Shown here piece by piece: positions 48,118-60,422 of a stretch of DNA of 64,000 nucleotides. Positions within the stretch are counted from its first letter, which is position 1; each line of letters opens with the position of its first letter. The position numbers and the translations under genes are program-made. The stretch comes from Macrostomum lignano (lineage: Eukaryota): positions 1 through 64,000 of the forward strand of contig NIVC01001887.1 of the NCBI GenBank assembly GCA_002269645.1. Reading direction: 5' to 3'. The notes beneath the pieces are model-generated. The model made no database searches. It was not told the origin of the DNA and saw only the letters and a program-made list of their open reading frames with translations.

Positions 48118-48847
48118 CCCGCAGCTTACCCGTCCGGTGAATCCGGCCAGCTGTCACATCTGTAACTGCAGTTTTGCTATACACATATCTGTATGCCTTC
48201 TCATGCTTGATGCATCATGTCTGCGCAGAAGCCTCGCAGCTAATATCCCCTAATTTGCCCAGCAAGTTCCCCGCCGGTTGCCTTCTCCCACCTCATGTTT
48301 GACTCCCCTCTGCTCCTACTAATTCTTGGGCGAACGTTTTTTTTTCCGAGAGACAGTTCGCGCCTACTGGTTGCTATGCTGTTACTGTACTTTTGCTACC
48401 GTAATGCTGTGATTATTATTCGCGAACTTAGTCTAGCGGCGTGTACTATGTTTGCTTCGGCCAAATTTATTATTATAAATATTTTTATATAGTAGTAGAT
48501 TACAGAATCCGAACTCTCGATGCCTGAGCGGGAAATATATACGCAGAAATAAAACATTGAATTTCTTTTCCATTTGTTTCACTGCACTTCAATACATACA
48601 TTCGTTAGATACTACTAGACCAACGAGTAATATGCAGTGCTCACTGTCGGTATTTATGGATAAAGAGTTAGACGTCATTTAGGACGCATATTTGAAGAGG
48701 AATTTGCTCGTCAAGATTCAGCAATTATTCAAGGATTTCAAGTCGTCTACCCTACTAAACTGGTTCATGCTTAGCCAATTGTCTGAGGTTGGGATCCAGT
48801 TAGTTAAACATTTGCTCCGACCATTTAAACATTCTTTCTCTCCTCCG

Positions 48848-50072
48848 ACCCATTTCTGATCAGCTACTGACCCATTTCCAAATAGCTACTGACCCATTTC
48901 CAAATAGCTACTGGCCCATTTCCAACCAGCTATTGACCCATTTCCAAATAGCTACTGACCCATTTCCAAATAGCTACTGGCCCATTTCCAACCAGCTATT
49001 GACCCATTTCCAAATAGCTACTGACCCATTTCCAAATAGCTACTGGCCCATTTCCAATCAGCTACTGACCCATTTCCAAATACCTACTGACCCATTTCCA
49101 AATAGTTACTGACCCATTTCTAAATAGCTACTGACCTATTTCCAAATAGCTACTGACCTATTTCTAAATAGCTACTGGCCCATTTCCAAATGGCTATTGA
49201 CCCATTTCCAAATACCTGACACATTTCCAAATGGCTATTGACCCATTTCCAAATACCTGACACATTTCCAAATGGCTATTGACCCATTTCCAAATACCTA
49301 CTGACACATTTCCAAATAGCTACTGACCTATTTCTAAATAGCTACTGACACATTTCCAAATGGCTATTGACCCATTTCCAAATACCTGACACATTTCCAA
49401 ATGGCTATTGACCCATTTCCAAATACCTACTGACACATTTCCAAATACCTACTGACACATTTCCAAATACCTACTGACACATTTCCAAATAGCTATTGAC
49501 CCATTTTAAATAGCTACTGACCCATTTCCAAACAGCTACTGACCCATTTCCAAATACTTACTGACCCATTTTCAAATGGCTATTGACCCATTTCCAAATA
49601 CCTACTGACACATTTCCAAATAGCTATTGACCCATTTTAAATAGCTACTGACCCATTTCCAAATAGCTAATGACCCATTTCCAAACAGCTACTGACCTAT
49701 TTCTAAATAGCTACTGACCCATTTCCAAATACCTACTGACCCATTTCTGAAAAGCTACTGACCTGCTTCCAAATAGCTACTGACCTATTTCCTAATAGCT
49801 ACTGACCCATTTCCTAATAGCTACTGACCCATTTCCTAATAGCTACTGACCCATTTCCTAATAGCTACTGACCCATTTCCTAATAGCTACTGACCCATTT
49901 CCTAATAGCTACTGACCCATTTCCTAATAGCTACTGACCCATTTCCTAATAGCTACTGACCCATTTCCTAATAGCTACTGACCCATTTCCTAATAGCTAC
50001 TGACCCATTTCCTAATAGCTACTGACCCATTTCCTAATAGCTACTGACCCATTTCCAGCCAGCTACTGACGC
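48848..50072. repeat. Minisatellite, 22-bp unit GCTACTGACCCATTTCC(A/T)AATA
   Basis: Tandem copies visible; homogeneous CCTAATA variant block at the right end. Confidence 0.95.
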
Positions 50073-50789
50073 ATTTCTAATCAAACAGCAACTCGCCCAT
50101 TTCCATTACAATTATGAATTTCGCATAATTGCAGCTAGCAATAAACTTGGTGTGTCAAGGCCCAGCGGGTTCCCACAAATTTAACTTTTACCTGTCAGAC
50201 CAGCCGATTGAACACTTCAACACTTCAGTCACTTCTCTGGCAGCATTTGTCAAATGGAGCAGAGATTGGCACTGCAGTTCAGAGTTTCCCATGCATCTGG
50301 CATGTGCAAATGGCAGCTGGAAGCTGATTAGAATGTCTTGCACGGTAATTAGGGTAATTACTCGCAAGAACTTTAATAATGCACGCGGGCATGCTTCAAT
50401 TGTAAATGCATGGCTCTCGCGAACTGCTTGCACGAAATCTGCAGGCTCGAGTGCAACGCTTTTCTCACACGCGCTGCCTAATTGTCTTTAATTGGCAATT
50501 AGTTACTGCCCTGCTCTCCGCAGATGCTTTCCGAAACAGGTTGTTGAATAGTCGGCACGGCCGGTCCGAGGAACCTCGGCATTAACTCGCAGGGTGGGCC
50601 TTGAAATTGTCTTGTCGAATAGGCCATTTGTACTTTATATTATAATGCCTTTAGCCATTGCAATGGATAACTTAGAATACATTCTATTGTATTTTAAGAA
50701 GATGGAAGATTGTCATCCATTGCTCTCCTAGTTTTCGTTTTTCATTACTAAAATAAAGTTTTTAGAAACCACGATTGGTGCCAGAGGTT

Positions 50790-51095
50790 GTCACAATTAT
50801 AGTGTCAGGCTGCCCCAATGAGTGTCAGGTTGTCACAATGAGTGTCAGGTTGCCAGAATGAGTTTCAGGTTGTCCTAATGAGTGTCAGGTTGTCATAATG
50901 AAGCTTGTCACAATGAGTGTCAGGTTGTCACAATGAGTGTCAGGTTGTCACAATGGGTGTCAGGTTGTCATAATCTGACATTCATTGTGACAAGCTCATT
51001 GTCACAATGAGTGTCAAGTGAGTGTTAGGTTGTCACAGTGAGTGTCAGGTTGTCACAATGAGTGTAAAGTTTTCACAATGAGTGTCAGGTTGTTA
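50790..51095. repeat. Degenerate minisatellite, 20-bp unit GAGTGTCAGGTTGTCACAAT, with a short internal inversion
   Basis: Tandem copies visible; an inverted segment lies at 50976-51001. Confidence 0.85.
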
Positions 51096-51151
51096 CAATG
51101 GTTTGATGCGTTTGATTTTTTTCGAGCTACGCGTGTTTTCGGGACTACAGA

Positions 51152-52164
51152 GGCAATCTGCCCTACAATCCCAGGGTTTAGTATCCATGCGGCAATCTGC
51201 CCTACAATCCAGAGTTTAGTATCCATGCGGCAATCTGCCCTACAATCCAGAGTTTATGCGGCAATCTGCCCTACAATCCAGAGTTTAGTATCCATGCGGC
51301 AATCTGCCCTACAATCCAGAGTTTAGTATCCATGCGGCAATCTGCCCTACAATCCAGAGTTTAGTATCCATGCGGCAATCTGCCCTACAATCCAGAGTTT
51401 AGTATCCATGCGGCAATCTGCCCTACAATCCAGGGTTTAGTATCCATGCGGCAATCTGCCCTACAATCCAGAGTTTAGCATCCATGCGGCAATCTGCCCT
51501 ACAATCCAGAGTTTATGCGGCAATCTGCCCTACAATCCAGAGTTTATGCGGCAATCTGCCCTACAATCCAGAGTTTAGTATCCATGCGGCAATCTGCCCT
51601 ACAATCCAGAGTTTAGTATCCATGCGGCAATCTGCCCTACAATCCAGAGTTTAGTATCCATGCGGCAATCTGCCCTACAATCCAGAGTTTAGTATCCATG
51701 CGGCAATCTGCCCTACAATCCAGAGTTTAGTATCCATGCGGCAATCTGCCCTACAATCCAGAGTTTAGTATCCATGCGGCAATCTGCCCTACAATCCAGA
51801 GTTTAGTATCCATGCGGCAATCTGCCCTACAATCCAGAGTTTAGTATCCATGCGGCAATCTGCCCTACAATCCAGAGTTTAGTATCCATGCGGCAATCTG
51901 CCCTACAATCCAGAGTTTAGTATCCATGCGGCAATCTGCCCTACAATCCAGAGTTTAGTATCCATGCGGCAATCTGCCCTACAATCCAGAGTTTAGTATC
52001 CATGCGGCAATCTGCCCTACAATCCAGAGTTTAGTATCCATGCGGCAATCTGCCCTACAATCCCAGGGTTTAGCATCCATGCGGCAATCTGCCCTACAAT
52101 CCCAGGGTTTAGTATCCATGCGGCAATCTGCCCTACAATCCAGAGTTTAGTATCCATGCGGCAT
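51152..52164. repeat. Minisatellite, 38-bp unit ATGCGGCAATCTGCCCTACAATCCAGAGTTTAGTATCC
   Basis: Tandem copies visible; some units have a 7-bp deletion. Confidence 0.96.
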
Positions 52165-53296
52165 TCGCCTTGCACTTTCACGATGCACGTCGCAAGCCAC
52201 CCCACACTCGCAGGGCTGCAGTGGACAGAGTGCACAATAGCAGCGATTGGATGCGCGTTGCAGCCTCCTGTCCAGCTGCTCCAGGGCCCAATGGGTAAAT
52301 AAATAAATGGGCCGGTACGAGCTACATAACGCGCACAGCTGAAAGGCTCACGTACGGAGCGAAATCTCCCTAAAAACTGTCAATCAACTGTCCAGCTGCC
52401 TCTACGCAGCATCTCTCTCGATGCGGTAAGTTCATTTACCAAACTACTAAAAACTCGAGTAGCGAGACAGAATTCTGCACCAAATCATGTTCAAGCTTTG
52501 CCCTCCTGTCTTTTTAATGCCAACTTTTATGATGGTGCACTGCAGACTGTACATTAATTAGCAAGCTCTTAATTAATGTCTGCCACCGGTGAGTGGCTGG
52601 CCAGAGGGCGCCCCGCAGTGCACACATATCTGATAGATAACACACATCAGGCATATTTCGTCGCCTAATCCAGGGCGGCTAACTGTAACTTAGAGGCCTA
52701 TCTTATAGGTTGCGTGCAACAGGAAAGCTTTGGCTGGAAATGTTGCATGCGTGGTGCCCATGTGGCCTCTGCGTGCACGGAGTCCAGGTGAGCTTAGTGG
52801 CACAAGATAAGGCTGCTTGTATACGCTAAGTACGAGTACATGCGCTTTATTTTGAGAAAATTAAATTTATTAAATAAAATTTATGACAAAACTGATAGAA
52901 AGTTGAACGGTTGGATCAGCTTGAGGAGTTTCGGCTATTACGAAAGTCATTAGCTACAGCTCAGGACCGGTAAGGGGAACTCGGGGGGGGGGGTCCTGCA
53001 GTATCGACGCCTTAACTCCAGGTTTTGAGAATGATCTCAGTGATTTCGATATTAGAATCTGAGCCAGTTGGTTTTTAGCTCTCTGATTTCAAAATAAGAA
53101 AGAGCGGGCCAGCAAAAACCCGGCTCCCGCTCCACTCCATTCTCTTTTCCATGGCCGAACTCCAAGACTCAAATCGACTGCGAGAGCCGGCACGGCGGCA
53201 GAGGCGCTGGACAGCGGCGTCCGCCTTCTGTCTGAACTCGGCGCCAACGACGAGGACCTGGACGACGCCGGCATCGAAACCTCCGCGACTGCCGCT

Positions 53297-55773
53297 ATGG
53301 CCGCCGCTGACGAAGAGGACGAAGTTTCGAAGATGGTGGCGCCGTCGGCCGCGGCAGCGGTGCCCGAGCCGATCCGAGGCCACCTGATCGGCCGCCAGGG
53401 CACCTGGCAGCTGCACATCGACGCCGCAGCGCTTCGCTTCGTCCGTCAGCCGCCAGCGGCGTCTAAAGAATCAGCAAAGGATGACAATGAATCCTTCGTG
53501 TGCAGCTTTGACGACACAGTCGGTGTCGGCTTCATCAGCGATGGCGGCTGTCGGAGCCGCTACCTCTGCGCCTTCCGCTACGTCAGGCGGCCGGCCGCCG
53601 CGCCGGGCAGGCCGAGCGGGCCGCGCCAGCGCAGCCTCGTCTTATTTCGCATCGTGCAGCCGGCGGACCCGCCCGGCGTTGCCCTGGTCGGCCGGCTCTG
53701 CTCGCAGGCGGTTGCCCGATCGATGGGGCGCGAACCCGGGCCACCTGGAAAACGGCCACTGCTGGTGAGCGGGCGGGGATTTCAATTTTTAAAGCAAAAC
53801 CCCCCAAGCCTCTCCAGCAAACTTCGCACGATCTGGGCGCTCATGGCGTCCGTCTTTAGTGATCCACGTCCAGAGCTCAGGCCCAGGGTAGGCGGGAGAC
53901 CTGTACCCACCGGTAGTAATTACAAAAATAACAAAATACACTTAGATAATCACAGCAAAGGACTGCCCAAGCTTCAAGCTTTGAGCCTCGTAAAACAGAC
54001 TGACTGAGCTTCAATTGCTTGCAAGGCAGGAGGCTTGACTGCTGTGCTTCGACTGCGCGTTCGAAGTCGACCATTTTTATCTCGACTCGAGATCTCAAAA
54101 TTTTGACCTTACATTAGAAATTTCCTTAGAAATGACATTAAAAATGACAGTAGATGTGAGCTCAATGCAGGCTTCTTACTGGGCCATTAACCAAGTCCTA
54201 TCTCGCTTTCTTGTCTCATCTCGTCCGCCCTCTGACCTGAAGGTGCTGCTGAACCCGCGCAGCGGCCAGGGCCGGGCGGACAAGCTGTTCAGGGAGACGG
54301 CCGCGCCGCTGCTGGAGGAGGCGGGGCTGGCGCACCGGCTGGTCCGCACCGAGTCCGCCGGCCACGCCACGCGGCTGCTGCGCGACTCGCCGGCCGAGGA
54401 GCTGCTGAGCTACTCCGGGCTCGTCATTGTCAGCGGCGACGGGCTGCTGTACGAAGCGCTGAACGGTCTGGCTGGCCGGCCGGACTGCCTCCAGCTGCTT
54501 CGCCGGCTGCCCTTCGGCGTCCTGCCGGCTGGCGGCGGCAACGCGGTGGCCGCCTCGCTGGCGCACGCCAACGGCGACTGCCTCGATCGCGACTTTGCAG
54601 TGACGGCCGCCTTCAACTTGGCCAAGGCGCGGCCTCGCCCGGTTGATCTGGCGCTTGTTGAGGCCGCCTCAGGCGCCAGCTACCTGGCCTGCCTGTCCGT
54701 TAACTACGGGTTGCTGGCCCAGGTGGACCTGGAGAGCGAGCGCTACCGCTTCCTAGGCGGGGCTCGGTTCGCCCTTGCATTCGGAATTCGACTGGCTGCT
54801 CCCGGCGGCCTGCGAGTATACAGGGCCAGGTGCGGGTCAGGGCCAGGTGCGGGTCAGGGCCAGGTGCGGTTCAGGGCCAGGTGCGGGTCAGGGCCAGGTG
54901 CAGTTCAGGGCCAGGTGCAGTTCAGGGCCAGGTGCGGTTCAGGGCCAGGTGCGGGTCAGGGCCAGGTGCAGTTCAGGGCCAGGTGCAGTTCAGGGCCAGG
55001 TGCGGTTCAGGGCCAGGTGCAGTTCAGGGCCAGGTGCGGGTCAGGGCCAGGTGCGGGTCAGGGCCAGGTGCGGGTCAGGGCCAGGTGCGGGTCAGGGCCA
55101 GGTGCGGGTCAAGGCCAGATGCGCACATGCAGTTGCAGCCAGCTAAGAAGGTTGTGAGCTGTGTGACATATTTATGGGCTCTGTTCGACCTCACTAGTGC
55201 AAAGAGAAGCACTCGCACCAAGCTTGGCTCGCACCAAACCATGCCTCTCGCAGACTCTCCTACTTGCCGGCAGAAGTTGCCGAAGCTAAAGACGCTGAAA
55301 CCGCCGACGTCAGCAACGAAAACGGCGACGGCAACAATCGGAAGCCGCTGGCCTCGCTGAAGCGTCATTTGCCGGCCAGCCTGTCGGACCCGTTGCCTAG
55401 CAACGCAGGCTGGGTGACGGAGGAAGTGGACTACCTGCTGGTGCTGGCCAGCCTGCACTCGCACCTGGCCACCGATAATTTCTACGCGCCCCCGTGCCGG
55501 CCGGACGACGGGCGCATCTACGTGACCTGGGTGGCGGCCGGGGTGTCCAAGGTCGACCTGCTGCGCATGTTCCTCAGTGTCGGCGACGGCGGCCACTTCC
55601 GAGCGCCGGCGTTCTGCTGCGCGGCGGCCCGCGCCTTCCGCCTGGAGCCGCTGGACGACGGCGGGCCGGTGTGCATCGACGGCGAGACGGCGCCATGCGA
55701 GGCGATGCAGGTGGAGCTGCTGCCTCGCCTCGGCTTGGCGCTGACGCCGGCGCGAATCGGGATAACGAATTGA
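53297..55773 (+). CDS. SPHK: Sphingosine kinase; exons 53297-53764, 54243-54829, 55254-55773 (true start may be slightly upstream)
   Basis: Spliced product gives RPLL|VLLNPRSGQG (C1), IVSGDGLLYEALNGL (SGDG motif), PFGVLPAGGGNAVAASL, YGLLAQVDLESERYRFLGGARF, YRAR|LSYLP, RAFRLEP and CIDGE. Junctions are GT/AG and in frame. Confidence 0.92.
54821..55117 (+). repeat. Minisatellite, 17-bp unit CAGGGCCAG|GTGCGGGT, which includes the SPHK exon 2 splice donor
   Basis: The first unit straddles the exon/intron junction (54829|54830); about 17 copies. Confidence 0.95.
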
Positions 55774-57189
55774 AAGCGCATTTGATTGTCCTCATCCGCA
55801 TGGCAACGTACACATCAATACTCGGACTGAACTGGGTTCTGCGCCTCAGAGATATTCCTTATGTACTATTTATCGATTTGGAAATCAGAGACATTTATTT
55901 CTTTAGAGTAGACTATCGAATTTGGATCTTGAGTAGCGAAGGTCAAATATTTCACTTTGCACCTATGAGATGCACTTCTGCCTAGTAAAAACTTGATGGC
56001 GCGGATGCTGTGCTATTGGCGCTAAATTACCGTATCTAGGCTTAATTTAATAAAATTTTAACGCTTCCAGCCTGGCAACGATAAAAACCACTGACTTATC
56101 GCATTGTATGATACTTTGACCCTGACACAAACAACCAGTTTTGGCCATTACGAGCTAGTTTTCGAGCACAGTTGCTGCTTTTCCAGTTTTATTTCTCTAT
56201 ACACCCTCCTTCTATTTGCATTGGCATGAAATAAGTGTAGAATAATGGCATCGGTGCTTGGCAAAGTACGTAGCTCGTACGTGTATGCAATAGATAAATA
56301 ATCCACAAATAAAGAGATGACAGCACGGTGAGAGATCACGGTGATGACAGCCCAATCGAAAGTCTTAGACGAGAGCAAATGTCTATGGCTCAACTCGAAG
56401 GAGCGCTTGTAAAGACGATAAGAGTCTTAGTTCGGGATTAAAAATCGTACCGACCTAAAAAATATGGCTTGCTTAGATCAGAGAAGGGTTAGATCAGCGT
56501 GACCCCAACAACTTTGAGAGTCCGCGGCAACTTGGACGACATTCGAGATCTGAACAAGAGCACAAAGCCGCCGACTAGCTCTTAAGCAAAGCAAGTGGGT
56601 CGTTGGAGTATCTAACCGTTGGCTTCAGGAGTCGAAAATAGAGTGACACAAACAACTCGGATTTGAATTCGCTGCTGCCAATATATTTGTCCACGAAGTC
56701 ATTGGGTTAAGACGGCTCAAAGTATCCTGCTGGTTCGCTGGTGTCTTTGATCAGTGGACTGCAACAAGACTGTGTGGTGAGACCAACTGATTTCTTCCAT
56801 GGAACAAGAGTTTCTCTGAATCACAGTCTTGACGCCGCCATGAAGATTACATCATCTAGAGAAGGGAAGGCTTGCAGAGAACTTCTGCCGATGTAGTTAG
56901 TCACTGTGAGCGACGAGGAGAAGTTATGGGCTTGTGTGTTCAGTGAGGATGCACCAAAGGAACTAATAAGAACACTGTTATTCCTGAATGGACTGCATTT
57001 CGCTCTGCAAGGTGGAGATGAGCACTGGACGTGCGCTTATGGACCAACTATCTGTGCGCTTATCGAGATGCTTCAAACCTAGAAAAGTGGCTTTGTTGGT
57101 CTTGGTCCTCTGTCTTCCGCTAGAGAAGAAGTCATACCACTAACAATATCTACAACTAAGGAGCTAAGCTAAGCGATGCTAAAGAGTGC

Positions 57190-57420
57190 ATATGATGGCT
57201 ATATTCTTCCGTAAATGTCTTCAAAATGGACTTGAAAGTGGTTTAAATTACATAAGCTGGATAAATCTTCCCTGCGAGGAAGTAGGAATTAGGAAACATA
57301 TCGGCGGACGCGAAATTGAACTTTGCAGCGTATATAGTGCCGATCGTCACGATGTAAACTTTGCTGCCTTCTTGAATTTCCTCCAGGCGACTCTACCGAG
57401 ACTGACAACCTTGCCGCTAC
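57190..57420 (+). pseudogene. Possible decayed fragment of a non-LTR retrotransposon apurinic endonuclease domain
   Basis: AIFFRK...CEEVGIRKHIGGREIELCSVYS...F..FL is loosely like the GVAIY.K...E.VWI....I..VY.PP pattern of LINE APE domains. No RT motifs were seen. Confidence 0.3.
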
Positions 57421-58484
57421 GTCGACAACACCGACAACATTGAGAAGACGCTGGCGAGGTGGCGCTTACGAGAAGCCGTAGCCCAGTGGTCCAGCGCGGC
57501 GCTCTGATGTATGACTGCGTACGTATCCGCGGCGCTTTTTTGTCTGCTCAGAGGAGTCTGCGGGATGGGAACCTCTCGCTGGTTGTAACGCAATGGTATA
57601 TTATTCCCGGCGCAAGTCGTGTTATTCCAATATCATGCATCCCGACTGCAGAAAAGTGCATTGACTAGTGTTTCCACATAGGCTTGTTTATAATATATAA
57701 TTATAAATAATTTGATAATTAATTTTTGGGTCACCTAATAAACTCGTTAAACTAATGTTTTTGTCTATGGACAATAGCACGCATCCCTGTCAATGCTTGT
57801 CAATGCCGCTTAAAGTGCGCCGGGGTGCACACAGCCTCAGGCCGCGCTGACAAGTGGCGCCTCAACCGATTGCAACACAGGTGATTTGACAACAGTCTTG
57901 CAGTCTAACGTGCAAGAGCTACAGATTCAGCTTCTATAACTGCATATTTCAAAACTGGCAGTTCTATTGAAGACAATGAATGCATCGAATGAAGACTAAA
58001 GGCGATCGCATTGAAGATAAAAACGTATACAGTGCAGCTGAAAATAAACAAACTAGTTTATTGTTAGCCTAAATCAATAAATTATTTAAAGAATACAAAA
58101 GAACAAACATCGAGCATCCATAGCTAACATATTTCACTGATTTAATTTAAAGCGTATTAAAGCGTATGAGCCGATGCCCAAGCAGCCAGTGGGCTCGTAT
58201 ATTTAATTTAAGGATTAACCAGTGCTTTGCACTTGAATGCTTAGCTGAGACAATAGTAAAAAGTTTTGTTTTAAAAAGCAACATTGTTTGTACATAAAAA
58301 AATGCTGTACCGAGATGAACTTTTACAATCCTGCAACCTGCAAGTGTTATTAGATACTTTCTATCATGTTCAATCAGCCCCAACAAACAGGCAGATGGTC
58401 CGCCCTAAACTCTCGGTTATCCCCCCTACTTCTGCATGTCAGAATGCGACGAAATTGGGAACTTTTATTGGCAATTCTGAGCAG

Positions 58485-59735
58485 TCAGGGCAGCACGAAT
58501 ACCAGCAGCACGCAGCCGATCTGAATGATTGACCCGTGCCGCAGCACCGCCCCGTCCTCGCAACCACCGCCGCCGCCGCCGCCAAACAGTGCCACAGGCG
58601 AGCAAAGGCAGCGGCACCCGGCGCCGCCGCCGCTGCCGCCTCCCGACAGTCGGAACCGGTGCCCCGCAGAGTCTAGCGCCGCCAGCGTTGCGGCTGCAGC
58701 CGACTGGGACTGGCGCTGCGCCGATCCCGTCAACCCGCCGCCGCGCCGCCCGGCCGCGGACTTCGCCGCCCCTTTCTGGCCGTCCTTTGCCCCGCTAAAG
58801 CCGACGCCGGCCGCCCAGGTCCGCTTGGCAGAGGGAGCGAAGAGCTGGCCATCCACCACGGTGCCGTGCTGGCTGTAGTTGATGAGCTCGAACACCCGGC
58901 CAGTTGGGTCGTAGTGGATCGTGGCGTGGCAGGAGGCGGCGGCGTACACGCAGTCGGAGCCCCACTGCTCAGCCAGGGCGATGTCGTTGCCGGCCAGCAG
59001 CCCGACAGTCGCCCCGGTGCGGGTCAGGGCGACCGGCGGCCCGCCGGCGGCCGGTGCGGCGCAGTGCAGGATGGCCAGCGGTGGCGCCTCTGACAATTCC
59101 AAAGCCGATGCCAGTGGCTCCGCCGTGCGCGCAGGCGGCGGCGTGGCTTCTCGCTCGCCGGAGGACGACTCGGACAGGAAGCTATCAGCTGCGGCGGCTC
59201 GGCGCTTGCTCCGCTTCTGTCGCCTTTTGCCGCTGTACAGATCTTTGACCACCTGCGGCACTGGGGGCTGCGACTGGGCCGCACCGCCCGGACGGTCCAA
59301 CCGCCACGCTGGCAGGAAGCCGTCAATGCCGGCCGCTTTGGCCACAGCAGCGGCAGCGGCGCCAGCGCCTGTCGGTGGAGCTTCGTCTGGCGGCGCGGCG
59401 GCGGCGGCCTTTGTCAGCGCCATTGCCAGCTCGCAACGCAGCGCTACTCGGCGCCGCTTCTGGCGCTTCTCCTTGACGCCGCCTGAACCGGAAGCGGCCT
59501 CCGCATCGGCCGGCGGATGCGCCGGACACCGGAAGTCAAGACCGGAAGGCGGCGGCCGTTCGAGTCCAAGGCAGGCCAGGTGCTGGGCGGCCGGGCACAG
59601 GTCGCACTGGATGAGGGCGCCGGTTGCGCAGCCGTCGCCGCACATTTTGCATTGGCGCAGCGGCAGCGCCGGCAGCTTCCACTTGGGGCGGCCAGCCTGC
59701 GGCTGCTGCTCCGCTTGCTGCTGCAGTTGCGGCTG
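58485..59735 (-). CDS. PHF12: PHF12 (Pf1)-like protein, PHD finger plus C-terminal FHA-like domain; one large exon with no visible 5' start
   Basis: LPALPLRQCKMCGDGCATGALIQCDLCPAAQHLACL...FRCPAH matches the second PHD of PHF12. HATIHYD...FELINYSQHGTVVDG and AVLRHGSIIQIGCVLLVF match its C-terminal domain. The frame is open upstream of the annotated ATG to a CAG acceptor at 59738-59736, with an in-frame stop at 59783. Confidence 0.82.
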   Translation of the reverse strand, partial: QPQLQQQAEQQPQAGRPKWKLPALPLRQCKMCGDGCATGALIQCDLCPAAQHLACLGLERPPPSGLDFRCPAHPPADAEAASGSGGVKEKRQKRRRVALRCELAMALTKAAAAAPPDEAPPTGAGAAAAAVAKAAGIDGFLPAWRLDRPGGAAQSQPPVPQVVKDLYSGKRRQKRSKRRAAAADSFLSESSSGEREATPPPARTAEPLASALELSEAPPLAILHCAAPAAGGPPVALTRTGATVGLLAGNDIALAEQWGSDCVYAAASCHATIHYDPTGRVFELINYSQHGTVVDGQLFAPSAKRTWAAGVGFSGAKDGQKGAAKSAAGRRGGGLTGSAQRQSQSAAAATLAALDSAGHRFRLSGGGSGGGAGCRCLCSPVALFGGGGGGGCEDGAVLRHGSIIQIGCVLLVFVLP

Positions 59736-59889
59736 CTGCGGGGGTTGAAAATTATGGGGGAGATGGGGGAGAAAATATTCTCATAACTGGGAGGATTCGG
59801 CCGCTTAGAATTTTCTGCTGATGTTTATATTTCCTGTTCTAAGAAATTTTCTCTCTGCTACAAGTTTTTAAAGAATCTCTCGTATTCTT

Positions 59890-60117
59890 GCTGCTCGGAG
59901 AATTCCCCAAAGGATCTGGCTGCTCGGAGAATTCCCCAAAGGATCTGGCTGCTCGGAGAATTCCCCAAAGGATCTGGCTGCTCGGAGAATTCCCCAAAGG
60001 ATCTGGCTGCTCGGAGAATTCCCCAAAGGATCTGGCTGCTCGGAGAATTCCCCAAAGGATCTGGCTGCTCGGAGAATTCCCCAAAGGATCTGGCTGCTCG
60101 GAGAATTCCCCAAAGGA
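59890..60117. repeat. Minisatellite, 29-bp unit GGCTGCTCGGAGAATTCCCCAAAGGATCT, between CHMP5 and PHF12
   Basis: About 8 near-identical copies. Confidence 0.95.
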
Positions 60118-60422
60118 CAGCTGGAGTATTTAATAAATAATTAAAGTCATTAAACAATTAAAGTCAGTGCGTCAGATCTTTTAATGAATGCCAATTTATT
60201 AATAAAATTTATTGCAAGGTTAGCAAAAACGAAAATTAAACTAAATGCCAAAGCAACGCTTTGACTGAAAACTGAAATGCAACCAAAAAGCGTTAAACAT
60301 TATTCAGCTGTGCTGAAAGCTCGGAGGTTTGAAAAACGGGTAGGCAGAAGTTTCAGAATAGCAATTCCTGGTATTTGAAATGTCTCGCAAAAAATCTTGG
60401 ACATAAAGTCTGCACGCGGAAT

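Noticed and set aside
48121-48200. Minus-strand micro-exon ending at GG|GTAAGC (~48130)
   Set aside because: Isolated donor with no partner exons or recognisable product.
50129-50491. 120-aa ORF
   Set aside because: Non-ATG start, no codon bias like the neighbouring genes, no recognisable motif.
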